The notes under the pieces: model-generated | Databases searched by the model: none | What the model saw: only the letters and a program-made list of their open reading frames with translations | What the model was told of the DNA's origin: nothing | Made by a program: the position numbers and the translations under genes | DNA from: Catajapyx aquilonaris | Lineage: Eukaryota | Direction of reading: 5' to 3' | DNA: 38,309 nt | Assembly (NCBI GenBank): GCA_000934665.2 | Contig: JYFJ02003732.1 | Location: 1-38,309 of the forward strand | Shown: piece by piece, positions 10,718 to 24,000 of the stretch | How positions within the stretch are numbered: position 1 is the stretch's first letter | How the letters are laid out: every line of letters starts with the position of its first letter

Positions 10718-13700
10718 TATAATTCTTGTCTTCACAATTTAAAAACCGACTAGTAGGAAACGCATTTTGTCGTATTGCAGCCTCTGCATGTCAGTAGAAA
10801 TCAATTATCTCTTGAATTCATATTGTAAGACTGGATTCGTCTTAAATAATTGGCTTCAAAACTTGCACCATTTTATATTCAGAAATGTTCCTTTTAGTTG
10901 TGATTGCATCTCTTCGCGCCGCAGAAACCGTATTTGCAAAAGGGCTGAATGAGATTGGTCCAAGTCCTGCGCTATTTATTAACCGAGTTAGGGGCTATAA
11001 AAGTCTGGGGAGCGAGAAAATGTGATGGGATTCACAGCAAAGCCATTTTTGTTTTCGGGAGTTATTATTATTAAGAGAATTTATGAAGCAGGCATTTCTG
11101 TTTTATGAACTAGAAATCCTTATAGAAATGCGCGTTACTCATTTGAAGATACGCCATGATGCAGAAAAACATATTTTATTTACTGAAATATGAAGCAGTT
11201 TTTTATATGCAGGATGAACAAAATAATAGAAAGAGCCTAGAGGCCCACTTTTCAGAATAACAACTCTTCCGGTTAAAATGGAAAATAAAACGAAGGTTTA
11301 TTACTGTTACTTGGATAGACAGGAAACTTCAGACTCAAATACTGATTATGATATGAAAATCTCTACATTTCTTGGCGAATTCAAGCAGGTCTTGCATCAG
11401 CTAGAAACGAAATGTAAGAAATGCTCCCTTATTAGACTTTTAAAAAATTTAATTTGCAGGATTATTCTGCTTATACCGGAACAAGTTCATTTTATTATTT
11501 TGGGCGACCTTTTTGAAAGGTCTACGAATGAGATTTATTGGAGTTGTAACATGTAGCTGAAAGGTTAGCCCACGTACTATTATCATTCGAGAAGAGACAC
11601 ATACACAGACACACGGGGCAACACAAGCGACATCTCTTTTTAAGGAGGTCACCTGGCAGGTGGATCCGCTCACCTTACAATAAGTTGCCTACAGAGCAGG
11701 ATAAATTATGCATTTGATGATTATGACTGCGAAAGAAGAGATCTCGCAAAATCTCATCAGTAATGATTATTACGCTCATATATCCTGCCTTCACTACAGA
11801 GGCCAGTGCCAATATGTCGGGAAATCTCCCCTACAGAAAGGTGTCTTGTGTGTTGCCGCGTATGTCTAGGGGAAGTCCAGTGTGTATGATCATCTACCTC
11901 GTTACCGGTTGGTCCATCGACATTTCGCACTCCTACATTTTCGAATTATTTGGGGCCAACCAGTATGCTGCCTGTCGGACGACCCTACTAGTACGAAACA
12001 CCCTATAAGTAGGCTATCAATTTAATTGGCGTTATAATCATGTGCGGCACCAGCACAGAGAACTCTGCCCTTGCATTTTGTCATTTGCGTGAATTCAGAA
12101 CTATACAGCACGAAATGCCGTAATTCAATGCCGTAATGTAGAGGCATGCTATGGCCGCATACACGTGTACTGTAGCATTGCGAGACAATAAGCTTTATGA
12201 GGCTCTATGTTGAAAAGTCTAACGGTCCATAAAGCAGGTTTTATTGTACTGTATCTATCAGTAATAATTTGCTCCAGTTTTGCCACAGATCAATTCAATC
12301 CTGTCAGTGTGTGGACGATGTCTAGTGAAATGATCTAGAATCCAAATACTAAATATTATGTAATATCTCATGGCCAATAAAATAGAGTATGGCAGTTTGA
12401 AAAGGACGTGTCATATAAAGCGCCTAAATATGAATGAAGATCGTCAAAATAGTGATCAGCGAACAATTATGAACGGTGAAGACAGTCCACGTGTTGCAAT
12501 GCAAGATATCATGAATACGGTACTGTAAGTGCACAGCAAGTAATATCGCGTCAAGAGACTTCAAAACATCAATTAATTTAAAGTATGACAAAGTTTGTGA
12601 TAATACGAAATAATGAGTCAAATATCCGTCATATTTTAAAAACAAGCCATGAATTGAGGGCACCTTTTTTATACACACCTTCAAAAAGAAGGGGAGGAGA
12701 GACTCGGTAAAAATTTTTGACCAGAGGTTCACGGCCAGTCAGCCAGTGCACGAACGATATAGGCGGCTGTGCACGCGTCGTATACAAGTGGGGGAAAAAA
12801 CTTAGGTGTGGGATACACCAAGTACAAATATGGCGGGTACCACCCCCGTTGTGGGGGATGGTGGGACACGAAAAAGAAAAAAAAAATCAAAATAAAAAAG
12901 TGAGGAGGAGCAACCAAATTAAAATGCAGGCCACGTTTTTGGAGGCACCCCCTACACCCTGTGACCATCACACCCTTTTTATTACTCCTCTACCCTACAA
13001 CTGCACTACGTCACCAGTGAGTCATGAATGGGACAGTGTTGCAGGAAAATGCCGAGATCAGCAGTAATAAGGGAAAAATGGGCGCAGATGTATGTGTGAG
13101 TGTGTGTAAGTTGCGTCACCAATACTGAATTCTTTCAAGGTGGAGGCCTGCCCTGGGCTGGGCTGACCTTCACGATGACAACTGGGTTCCAGTCACGTCA
13201 TGAATGATTTCCTGATTATTGCGTCCATTTTTTTCCACCATGCCAACCCCCATTCCGGTGCACTGACGCAAAGCAGAGTCTTGGAATAAGCATGGCGATA
13301 CACAGATACGCTTCAAGTGCATGTCATCTAAATGTAGGCTGGTGTGGGCCGTAATGTAGACCATCACAACTATAGGTAGTTTTCATATTTGGAGAGTTGT
13401 ACGACGGTGTGAAAAAAAGATAATGCAACCGCTGATTATGCAATTACAAAAGAGGGATATACTTATGCAAAAAAAAATCACTTCCTCTCCATCCCTATAA
13501 TTTCAAAAGGACCAATCACTCATCTGAATTAGAAATATTTCACCATACCATATTACCATGTAATGACGCAGGGGTCAATTTAGACAGACATCGTCTAGAC
13601 TCTTTCAGTGGTGCTTGAATCATATCAGTATTGGTGGTCTGCAAGCCAAATGAAGATGATAAGTATCATCACATGTACTCGTATACTAATGCGTTAGATG

Positions 13701-13927
13701 GGTGCCATGAAAACGTCGCCCATCCCAGTCGTACGCTATTACATGGCTTGTCAATATAGCCTGGTAAAACTGATGACCCTGTTTATCCTCAATCCTCATA
13801 GTCAATTTGCATCTGGTCTAGAAGGAATCAAGGTGCAATAAGAAAGGATATCAGGATTACTAGTGTACGAATTTTCAGGCTCTGCCAATGATTTGTCAGA
13901 GAGCAGTGAGGGCAAGAATCATTTTAA

Positions 13928-14817
13928 CCCTGTACCGCGCATTGTGACTTGAGAGCAACAATAAAAAATTAATTTCCGCAGGCGCCATAAGCGTCAGCGT
14001 TGGTCGTGGAAATCACAATGTGGCTTGATGTCACAGTTAGTTTGTTAGCTTCCGCTAGATGACGGGCAATGTCGACAAATGATACGGTCAGGATACGGTA
14101 TGAAGAGGAGAGAAGCCAAGATCATTGAAAATGGCGCGAAATTTGAATTTGCTGAAGCAGCAATTGTTTCTGGAGCTTGTTGTAGTGTATATAGGTGCAG
14201 ATATTAAATGTCAAATTACATGCGTAAACTGCAAAGAGTAGCTCTCGTCGCCATTTGCGGCCATTCTAATTTTGCCAGCACAATTTCATCACAATTTTTC
14301 GGCTGCGCAGGCACAATATTGCTTGAGGTTTGACCTAAGTCGTTGTGCGTATTTTTATTCAAAAACGGTAATATGTACAGATATGATAATTACTGCGTTT
14401 TTAAGGACCGGCGATTACAATTTGGACTGGAATATAGATGGCCCCTAGATCTCAAGGGGAGCCGGTAAACGAAAGGGGATCGTGACCCCCCCCCCCCACC
14501 CCCACCCCGAGCTGCATGCGACTCGCGCGACGGTGGAATGGTGGGGGTTATGATCGCCATTAGTTTACTGGCCCCCCTTGCGATATGGATGCCATCTGTA
14601 TAGCAGATCAGATTGTAATCGCCGGACCTTCAAAACTTAGCAAAGGTCATCTACATACTACAATACTCGCTATGACTTTAGACTCAGCCCATGTAACTTC
14701 AAAGTCATTGGGTCAGAGATGAGCAAAACATAATAAAAACCATCCTTACGTCGCCTATGATGAGGAAAAGGCGTTAGAATTTTTCTTCACAAAATCCTAA
14801 ATGTGTGCAGTACAGGG
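13928..14817. mobile_element. Non-autonomous piggyBac-type element
   Basis: TTAA at 13924-13927 and 14818-14821 flanks CCC...GGG termini. TIRs CCCTGTACCGCGCA versus CCCTGTACTGCACA (12/14). Confidence 0.8.
14401..14633. mobile_element. Foldback MITE nested inside the piggyBac-type element
   Basis: About 90-bp imperfect inverted arms (AAGGACCGGCGATTACAAT... / ...ATTGTAATCGCCGGACCTT), with TTAA at the left edge. Superfamily uncertain (Kolobok- or Harbinger-like ends). Confidence 0.8.
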
Positions 14818-15948
14818 TTAAATTAGGTTCTATTAATTCAGGAATTTAGGAACTAGTTAGCATTTTGTACGGATTTTATTTCTCAAAGGCTTGCTACCAG
14901 CACTGGAGGTAGTTCGTGCTATTACGATACGTAAACAGGCTATTTTGTAATGATTCAAGACAAACATTTAGGGTAGACTCCAGGGCAGCTGCAGATGATG
15001 TGTGAAAAGGTGTTATTTGATCTCTGAAGCCTTCTTATATATTATTTTTAAATGGCTTTAGACACAAGGTATAAAATATCCATGTGTGATCTTTTATTTC
15101 ATGCACTAGGCCTACATTAAAACTGCACAGAAACACTTAGGTTATGAAAATCTGTGTTTGTGTACAATTCTCATTGAAAATGCTATACCTAATTAGGTAG
15201 GCAGTCTCTGAGGTGATGGAAGTGTCGTAGGATGTATCCACACTTTAGAAAATGGCATATTGTTAATTATTCAACTAGTAATAATTATCCCAATATGGGG
15301 GCACCAAATGACACATCTACATCAAGTGGTCATTTGGTGCTCAGGAGCTCACCATGAAAAGTTTGTCTGAATCATTTTGAAACCCCCTGTAGAGTAGTGG
15401 ATATGATACGTTTTTTTACTTGTTGAAGTAAAGGGGAAAGCTAAGCATCATTATATTTTTGGCCGGAAGATCAGTCTTTCGAACAAGTCAACCGAGAGCC
15501 ATATTTCTGCCTTTCTCTCGTCTAGTGAAGAATATTAAAAATGACATAATCTCATAAAGAACCGTAAATATTGACAGATGTTATGACGATACATGTCCCT
15601 GCAAATCATACTCATAACGTGGCTACTGCATGTTTCCACACAACATGGAGTAAGACATGTTTAGAGAAATCACTTGGTTGACACGCACATGATCGACATT
15701 GAGTGGATTACAGCCTCGGCTACAGTAGTGTTTTGTTTGTGTCCAAAATTTTATTAGTTATATACGAGTGTGCTGAGGCACTCCAGAAAGTAAGGTACAC
15801 TTATGGACACAAACAAATCATGAGAAATGAGCCCCATTCATTTTCACAATATTTACGTTCGCGCAAATATTCCGTTAGTCAAGGATACTCATAGGGTTTC
15901 TAGGAATGTCTGATTGTGGGGGTGGCCAATGGCAGACTCAGTCCCTTG

Positions 15949-16019
15949 TGCCACTGCCGGGAATTGAACCCAGGTCCACACTCTGACGAGCATGTGTTCT
16001 GCCACTAAACTACAGGGGC
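15949..16019 (-). mobile_element. tRNA-derived SINE head or tRNA pseudogene
   Basis: GCCCCTG TA GTTTAGTGGCAGAAC A CATGCTCGTCAGAGTGTG GAC CTGGGTTCAATTCCCGG CAGTGGC A. A box, B box, D arm, T arm and acceptor stem (6/7) are present, but the anticodon loop is 8 nt and non-canonical. Confidence 0.75.
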
Positions 16020-16999
16020 TGATGGGCTGAGTTATTCTAAGAAACATTGGCCACACTTTATTTGCTAGTTTTTTGTGCATGTCCATATTGACTTGTAAAT
16101 AATTAGCCGAGGATCGCTGTGGTCCACTCTAGTTTCTGCAGTCTTTATTGGTAGTAAGTGCAGGACATTGCCTTTTCTTCCCATGGTCCATCAAAGAGGT
16201 CACGCCCTCGGGTCACAGATGCTTGTGACGGCTTATCAACAAAATGGAACGATTTATTTTGTTGTTTTTTTGGGTGCGTGCCCTGACGGGGAGTTACGCC
16301 TAATGTCTGGAAGGAATTCAAAACATGTGGACCCTTTTTTCTCTCCTCTCTCTTCTTCCTGCCCTACTAGAGGCACTCCAGCACGAAGTCGCCAAAATAA
16401 AACTTACGTCCTCGTCATTGAGGCACCTCAACAATAATACGATTCTCGTCTTGGAACCACCCCAGCATTTTTCCCTCCTTTATTCTGGGGTCAGACCGGA
16501 CTTGTAGTCGTAAGCCTACCACAAGAAGCCTAACGATTTTAGGTTACATACCAGCGGAGCGAATTAGCGTGAATGTGACCAAACAGTTCAAACACAGAGC
16601 AACAAGTGCGTCGTGACGCACTTCCTATTTGGTAAAAAGAGAATGAAGGAGCTGCGGAAATTCTACCAACGTATCGTTGTACATCATAATCTAGGTGAGA
16701 AAAGCTAAAAAAGTAGCAAAAATTGAGGTTTGTATGCATTGTTGTATACAAACATACAAGGTAGTTATCGCTCGCAAAACTTTCCAAAGTTGGCGTTTAT
16801 TCTAAGGCGTGTGTCTAACTTGTTCATAGATAGACATACAATCTATTGGTCACCGATGTACAATGCGACAGTTACATTAGTTTACCAGTGCAAAATCATA
16901 AAATGAAATTTCAGCCATAATGGCGAATTCATACCATGTTAAACTGTACTATTAACTTATAACTTATACTATTAATTTGTATTAGTAACGCGCTCTTTT

Positions 17000-17900
17000 C
17001 TATTCGGCATTCATATTTACGCTAACTTGGAATTAATCATCATTGCATTAGAGGTCGGGGAAATTTATTATGGTCCATTAATGTTTCTTGTTCTAATAGA
17101 ACCGTTGATGTAATAACATCCATCCATTTTCAGTTAGCCTATGGAAAAAAAATCTACTGCAGGCTAGTTCAGGTGTGGTTCAGCTGACGTCTGCTTGTAT
17201 CATCCGGTAAACTATACCTGTACCAATTGCATAACGAGCAATGAATATTTGTAAAAAAAAAAACTTTACGACATACTGTAGTATCCTAATTAATACCGCA
17301 ATACCAAAGCTGACTTTGAGCAAATAAATCCCCGCGAACGCATATGGTTATTGGAGTAATTTCCTGCTTTCAAAATGGGCGCGGTCAATGTCAATTTCCG
17401 ATTATATAAAGCAACACTAGCTTCAAGACCAGAAAAAAAGCGCACTGCACGGAAGAAATAGGTAGGTCTACCTGTATGTCTGGCAATGACTTCATGCTGC
17501 TAAACACTGAAAATTCCTGAGCAGCGTACAAGCCCCTGTGTAGCATTCAATTGGAGATCGCTGTCCTTGAACAGGTAGGTGCACCTACTTCTGAAGCAAC
17601 ACCTCGAATCGTCTTGACCTTCCCAAAAAGCCTGGGGACAAAATATCCCTACCGTCACTCCCAGATTCACTAGGCGGAAAGAAGAAGAGCTGGGAGAGGG
17701 AGGCAGGTCAGTGTGAGTCACGAGATGACCTCCCATAATTATGTTGGACACTACGTGCACCGTACACATGCACTCGGTGTACCAGGAGGGTTAGGACTAT
17801 AAATTTTTCCCAGCCGTGTGAAATGTTGTAAGCGCAATTGCCGTAATTATAGGCCCCCCAGGCAGGGTATGGCCTAAAGTACTGTACGGTACGAGTGCAG
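17000..17900 (-). pseudogene. Decayed PIF/Harbinger transposase fragment
   Basis: Collinear fragments GAYN...EKF, then SFRL..LGVTVGIFCPQAFWE (cf. SFRLG.STV..IV.E.C.AIWE), then a G.FAQS.FG-like segment across frameshifts. Confidence 0.45.
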
Positions 17901-20900
17901 TCGGGTAAAAAAGCTGCGTATATCCTGTTATGCAAACGTCAGTTGACCTACAATTCACGAGTTTTTAAAATATGTAAAACGCTGGAGCATCTGTCACAAT
18001 TTGCGGATTTAACGGTTGTTGTTGCACCATGGCGTTTGATTATCATCATTGCGCAGATTTGTATAAGATGGTTCAGAGAAACGCGCCAATAAATTCGCAC
18101 GAAAAGCGCAGGCAAATCAAGTGTGGGCGGATCACTGCATGATTGCCTTATTTTTGCACATAATTTTCAATTGGAAGGATGACGGGACGGAATGGATTCT
18201 GCGAACCACTCCATATAGATAATTTCAATATTAATTCATTCCAGTGAATCATTGGTCAGCAACACTTCCTGCGTTTTTTTCGATACTCTACGAGTGTTAT
18301 ATACAATGGCAAAAGTACTATTTGGCTAGAAACTCGTTAGAATCAAATGTATAAAAGAAGACTTTCAGATCTAACTTAAAAGGAGCATGGATAAAAGGAT
18401 CGCACAACGTATACTAAGTTGACAAAAGAGGAATGATCAAACTACAAAGTTGAACAGCTGAATCCGACAGCCAGAATAAGCGAGGATGATAAATGGCGAG
18501 TCGTGTCTTCGTTCTTATTGGGTTTGAAAGGAATGGAGTGGGAAGAGGCAATACCAGCTCGCCAATATTCCTGATTTTCCCAACTCATTTGCGAGATAAT
18601 TTTTTTTTAAACTCCTAACTAAACAAAGTGCGAATAACAGTTCGCTGATCAATTGAAAAAATGGCATCAACAAGTACAAAAAAGGAAAACAAAACAACAA
18701 CATGAAAAAAAAATCTGGCCCCATCCCCATGTTTGAATGAGCGGAATGACCGGATCGGGCTCGTGCCTTGTCTGTCTAGGAGCCCCTCCCTTGCTGCTGA
18801 CCTCTGACCCCGGCAATGGGAAGTGGGCGACGCGGCTTGGTTCGGGACTCCCTTGCCCAGACTTAAACGTGCACACTCATTCTTTTCCAAATAAAAAAAA
18901 GGGAGGAAAAGAAAGAAGGTGAAAAAACGTTGGCCGAGGTTTTGCTTGGAGCAAAACTAGTTCCGTGTAGGAGAGAATCGCTGCTATAAGATATGAATAT
19001 TTGCTATTTTATAACCAAGTCAGAAATGAAATTAACCGATTTAACAGTTTTGGGAATTCCAATTTGTGCTGTAAATGATTTCGTATTTAAACAGGATTTT
19101 GTTATGTTCATATGCATTACAAAATTTGAGCAGAATAGTTATATAATGGGCATGTTTCCGCTGTATCCAGGGTACGTTACGGACAGGTTTCATTGTGTAG
19201 TAGGCTATTTGTTGAGTGTGGGTAAAGGTCCAAGGGCATTTTTCAGTGACTTACAACAACTGCATATACGCTAGGAAAATGTCGTAACAGCAGAGTGATG
19301 AATGTGCTATGCCTACATACCTGTAATGCTGCATATATTCATTGCACACCATGTAACAAAAGTAACCCACCATCTCACTGTCTGCTTTGTTCTGAGGCAA
19401 GCTACAGGCAGTTGATATAAATTGTTTGATATTTGCTTCATTATATCTAGTGCAATGTTTAGAATTTAGAAAAAAAAGCCGTGCATGTTGTCTAATTAGC
19501 TGATACTGTCAGTTGACAAATTAAACTAATAAAATCAGATGTAACGGAAGTTTGGTAGAGTATGAGTACATTATATCTCTCTTTTTTTTCTTCCTGTTCT
19601 TCTTCTTTTCGTCCCCCTCCCCCAGCCTTCTTTTTCATTCATACTGTCTTGGCCTTGCTGGGACTTCAACCCTGGTAGTGTAGCTTGGGTGTACCCACTT
19701 TTTCCATGCCGGCTTATGCAACAGCAAAAAACAAGCTACGTCACGATGTGGAGTTCACAATTTATTTTCTTATGCACTTGCATAACCATGCCTAAGCTTA
19801 TTACTCTTGCCGCTTAAAACAGGTATAGTACCATTAATGCGCCTAATATTTTTCTCTATATGTACCCCTACTGTAGGCCTACTTATACTGGACTTTTCCG
19901 ATAGGTATGTTCTCAAACACAAGTGCATCATGTTGTTGAGCTTTGAGTTGAATGAGCAGGCCTTCTGCAGACACACGGTAATATGATCCGGTTATGCAAA
20001 GCGAGGAAGAAGAGATTGGGGTTGTTAAGTGAATCATTGCGTCAACATAATCACGGTACCAATGTATGACATAATGTTGAAGTGCCGTGTTCCATTCATT
20101 TTAACAAAGCTGCTCTAAGAAGTACAAGGAAATCAGGGACTTCTTGATCAAATCGAGATAGTCCACCGTCCACGTGCCAACGCTACGTCGCGTTGTCTTT
20201 CCTGGATTGAGGTTCCATATTACATTTAACATTATTGGTGAGGAGGCATGGTTCACTTGTATATGAATGCAAATAATTGAATGCAAATAATATTTTTTAT
20301 ATCGAAATGCATATGTAGCTGAGCCGTGGCAACATATGGACACAAAAAGTTTCAAGATTATACTAGTGAAAGTTAAGTAATCAGCAGTTTTTGCTCATTT
20401 TACGACCCGTTTTTTTTTTACTTAGCCGCCTTTGATCTGAGACCCCTCAATTTTAAATATATCGGGCGTAATTTTCGGAGCATGAATTCGCGAATGTGAA
20501 TGTATTCCTAACGAATCTTGCACATGATCTAATCAGGCTGTTTTGACAAGCATAGAGATGAAACGGTCCCTTACAATTTACAAACGATACTAATGATGCA
20601 ATTCAGTACGGGATACATGAGAATAGCCACATTTCTGAATAGTGGTTCCCGGAATTGAGTTATATCATTCTGGAAAAGGAAACGAGATGGCAATGGACAA
20701 GTCCCTAAGGCGACAACCGGTGAAGAAAGATGAACACTATAAACCTTTGTGTCCTCCTCAAGAAAGGTGAAAAGCTTCAGACAGGTTCCATTACATCGGA
20801 CAAAAATACATGGGAAATCTTATCACGCTTCCAGGCCATCACAATTTTCCGTAGTAGACAAGTTTCCGCTATATCAGTGGTAATTAAAAATTACGTCCTT

Positions 20901-21032
20901 ATTAGTCCTGTGGCTTGATTGGTTCTGTGAGCCCTATACATCCCGTTCTTCCGCAAGTGTCTCCCCCTATACGTAACCCCACATGGATCCATGTGTGCCC
21001 AAATGATATTGCGGCCCTCGGCGCCATCCATG

Positions 21033-21035
<3 letters not shown>

Positions 21036-21074
<39 letters not shown>
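21036..21074. repeat. (GA)n microsatellite
   Basis: About 19 perfect GA units. Confidence 0.95.
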
Positions 21075-21077
<3 letters not shown>

Positions 21078-24000
21078 AGCTGGTCCATGGCTGCTTAGCC
21101 ATCCATCGAGCCACGGCAGAGTGGCGCCCAAACGCCCAACCCTCTCGCCTTATACAGGCACGGGTCCGACAGCCTGGACCAAACTGCATTCAGACTCAGC
21201 CAGCCTGCCAGCCCGGGAACCAACCTTCCAGTGCGTCCTCCCCACCATTCCTCCCCCTTCGACATACACACACATATCCTCCCTCCCTCCCCACCACTAC
21301 CTTCCACTTGAAGTGCTATGAGCCTCACAGGCACTTCCATTACATGACTTCAAGTGGAGAGAGCACAGCCCACTTGAATAGAAGACCTCCTCCACATTGG
21401 CCTGGACCCCTCCACGGCTTATTTGGATACCTGGGGCCAGTCAAGGGACAACACACTGACGGCTTGCCACCGGCCTCAACATTGCCCTCCTATGCAGACT
21501 GGAACGTGAGCTGACTTTGACCCGTTGGGGGGAAACTTGGGGGATGGTGTGCCTGGAGTATACAGAGCATAACAAGAGTGTCCCTACAGGGACATCAATC
21601 AGGTTGCCAAGTGGCCAGGGATGGCTATGATCAGCTTGGTTATAATAACAATGAAGAGTTTCGACGGAAAATTTACGACAGCCTGTAGGCCTGTTGCATA
21701 GGCTGCTTTTGAAGCGTTGTTCATTAGATTGAAGAGAAAAATTGATCCAATCAGTAATTAAATGAATATTCCACGCCGAGTACAGTATACTATAGCCTAC
21801 AAAATTTCGGATAATGTGGGAAACTGAAAATATTTCAGTTACATTTTTTTCCATTTTTGAACTAGATCGAAGCGCTACAGGAGCATTCCTGACGGTTCCA
21901 TACATCACACCTCGGCAGCTAAAAGCACTTTGCTACACCCTGTACTTAAGAGCAGCAATCCGGCATCTTTCCTCACAAGGCTAAGGTATCCCCCACGCTA
22001 TCTTGACGAAGAGGTAAATGTTATGGAGCAGAATTTATAGGGCACTTATTATGGTGACAGGTTAATGATATGCAGGCAGCTATTGATGAGACGCATGACG
22101 GACGGCCGGAGAAAAAATAAGTAAAGAGGAGAAAATGAAGGGCCAAGCCAATCCTCGCTTGAATCCGGCGCACCTATCTCCCTGGTGAAACCCACACAAG
22201 CTCCCTGGAAAGGCATTCCTTAGTCGCAAAGCGTCTGTGTGTCATAAATTCGGTTGCTGCTTCTCAGAATGGAAGAGAAGGAGCAGCCGGCTCTGGCAAC
22301 GAACCCGTGCTAAGTGCGCCCACGTGGATCACGTCACTACTGCACATCCTCGTGGACCAACCTGTCCGCCATGGACTTGTGCTTCTTATTCCGACATCTA
22401 TGCAGCCAGCAGCCAGGGCATCCCAACATGGCGACCACCCGCAGTGCCAAAGGGCTCCCGTGCTAAATGGCTTCGGTCACCTTGACGGCGGTTCATCCGA
22501 CAGTGTGTGCCCTTGCAAGGATTGGTAGTGCACGGTTGTAGGGTGAACAAAAAAAAATCTGGAGTGATGATCACTACTTCTTAAGACTTACTCCCATACA
22601 TGGGGCGACAGGGACGTACGCTTCCCATTCCATGACCCCGATTTTGCCATCCAAGGAAGGACTCCATCCACTTCTCTCCTCACAGATTGGATTATCCGCC
22701 TTTAATTCCACACCTGCGACTCTCTGGGATGTCCAAAACTTGTCACAAGTCGTGCGTTGACCAGGCACACTTGCGAGGGAAATTGTGGCCAATGGGATGC
22801 ACGACATGTGCAGGAAAAGTCATAGTGGTAAGACACGGTTGTACAAGTATGAGGCGATTTAAGCAGACAGGGTATGATATGGAGATATACATTTGTCATA
22901 TTATATGCGTGGCCCTTACTAAAAGAGTAATGGGATCATGAAATTATTTAAAATGTCCAAAAGTAGCAGAAAAAGTCAGTCGCTAATGATCACCCATAGT
23001 AAACTACAAAGCAGTGTTGACAGCAGTACATTATTCATATTATTACTGCACACAATGGGTACCGCTCCTAATCCTGGTACTATCCTGGTAACAAAGACAA
23101 ATTGCAATAAAATTATACTCTGCTCCTTATTCGGACTTTGGTTATGGCATGAAGCCATTTATGTCGAAACGGCCAGGACCTGATGTCCAACACAAGTCGG
23201 GCGCGCCAATATTGGTCAGCTGGCTTGCAAATTGATATTTTTTTTCTTGAAGAATGTAAAGGTGAACGGAACCAGTCCTAATCACTCATTCACATTCGGG
23301 AGAGAAATTGGCGGCAAAAAAAAGGCAAAGGCTCTTTCACACATTCTCGTCACAACACCTTTCTGACTCTGCAACAACTGACCTCTCTACAATATGACCC
23401 TTATTTTCATTATGCAAAACTGTCAGTCGCAATATTTTGGACTATACCCCCAGTGCCCTCCCCCATTCTGAAAGAAGCTGTTGTGGTTCACTCTTATCGG
23501 CGACGGTACTCAGCTAGATGCTTATGGCACTCACGCACTTGAAAGCGCACCAAAGCGCTTGAACCAAGTTTTCAGCTTTTTTGGAACCCGTGATACAGTC
23601 AGGGAAAGTGTGAATGAGGGGGTGTTTATTGTCACATTATAATGTTAACGTCGGCTGTGAAGGTGTGCTGGCGCCACCTTTACTTCTATACCAAAATTGG
23701 AATTCAGTTTACCGGTTTTTGCTACATTGAGCATGTGCCAATAGCCCCGCAGCCCTTATTTTTATTCGTGTCCACCTTGACTCTGTCAATCTCCAACTCG
23801 GATTATTGAGCCAGAATAATCATGTAAAGTCACGAAGGCCGCGGGTTTATATTTTGGAAGGGCATGCTTTCCCATATCTTGAGCAATTTGTGCCTGGTTT
23901 GGAAGTAGCCCAGATTACAGACAAATGTGTCTGGATGTTAAGGCCACATGCGACTTCCGGAATGGCTGTCCATCATTTGAAACCAGAGATTTTGCTCCCA

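Noticed and set aside
11665..11715. AG|GTGAGC donor with an upstream ATG
   Set aside because: The ATG frame hits TAA before the donor, and the alternative GT is in the wrong phase.
18515..18730. Hydrophobic ORF MGMGPDFFFMLLFCFPF as a signal-peptide exon
   Set aside because: The hydrophobicity derives from T-rich low-complexity sequence; no convincing in-phase donor noticed.
23145..23175. Hammerhead-ribozyme-like ATGAAGCCATTTATGTCGAAAC (also CTGATGA at ~13770 and ~11754)
   Set aside because: The CUGANGA core or the paired stem II/GAAA is missing in each case.
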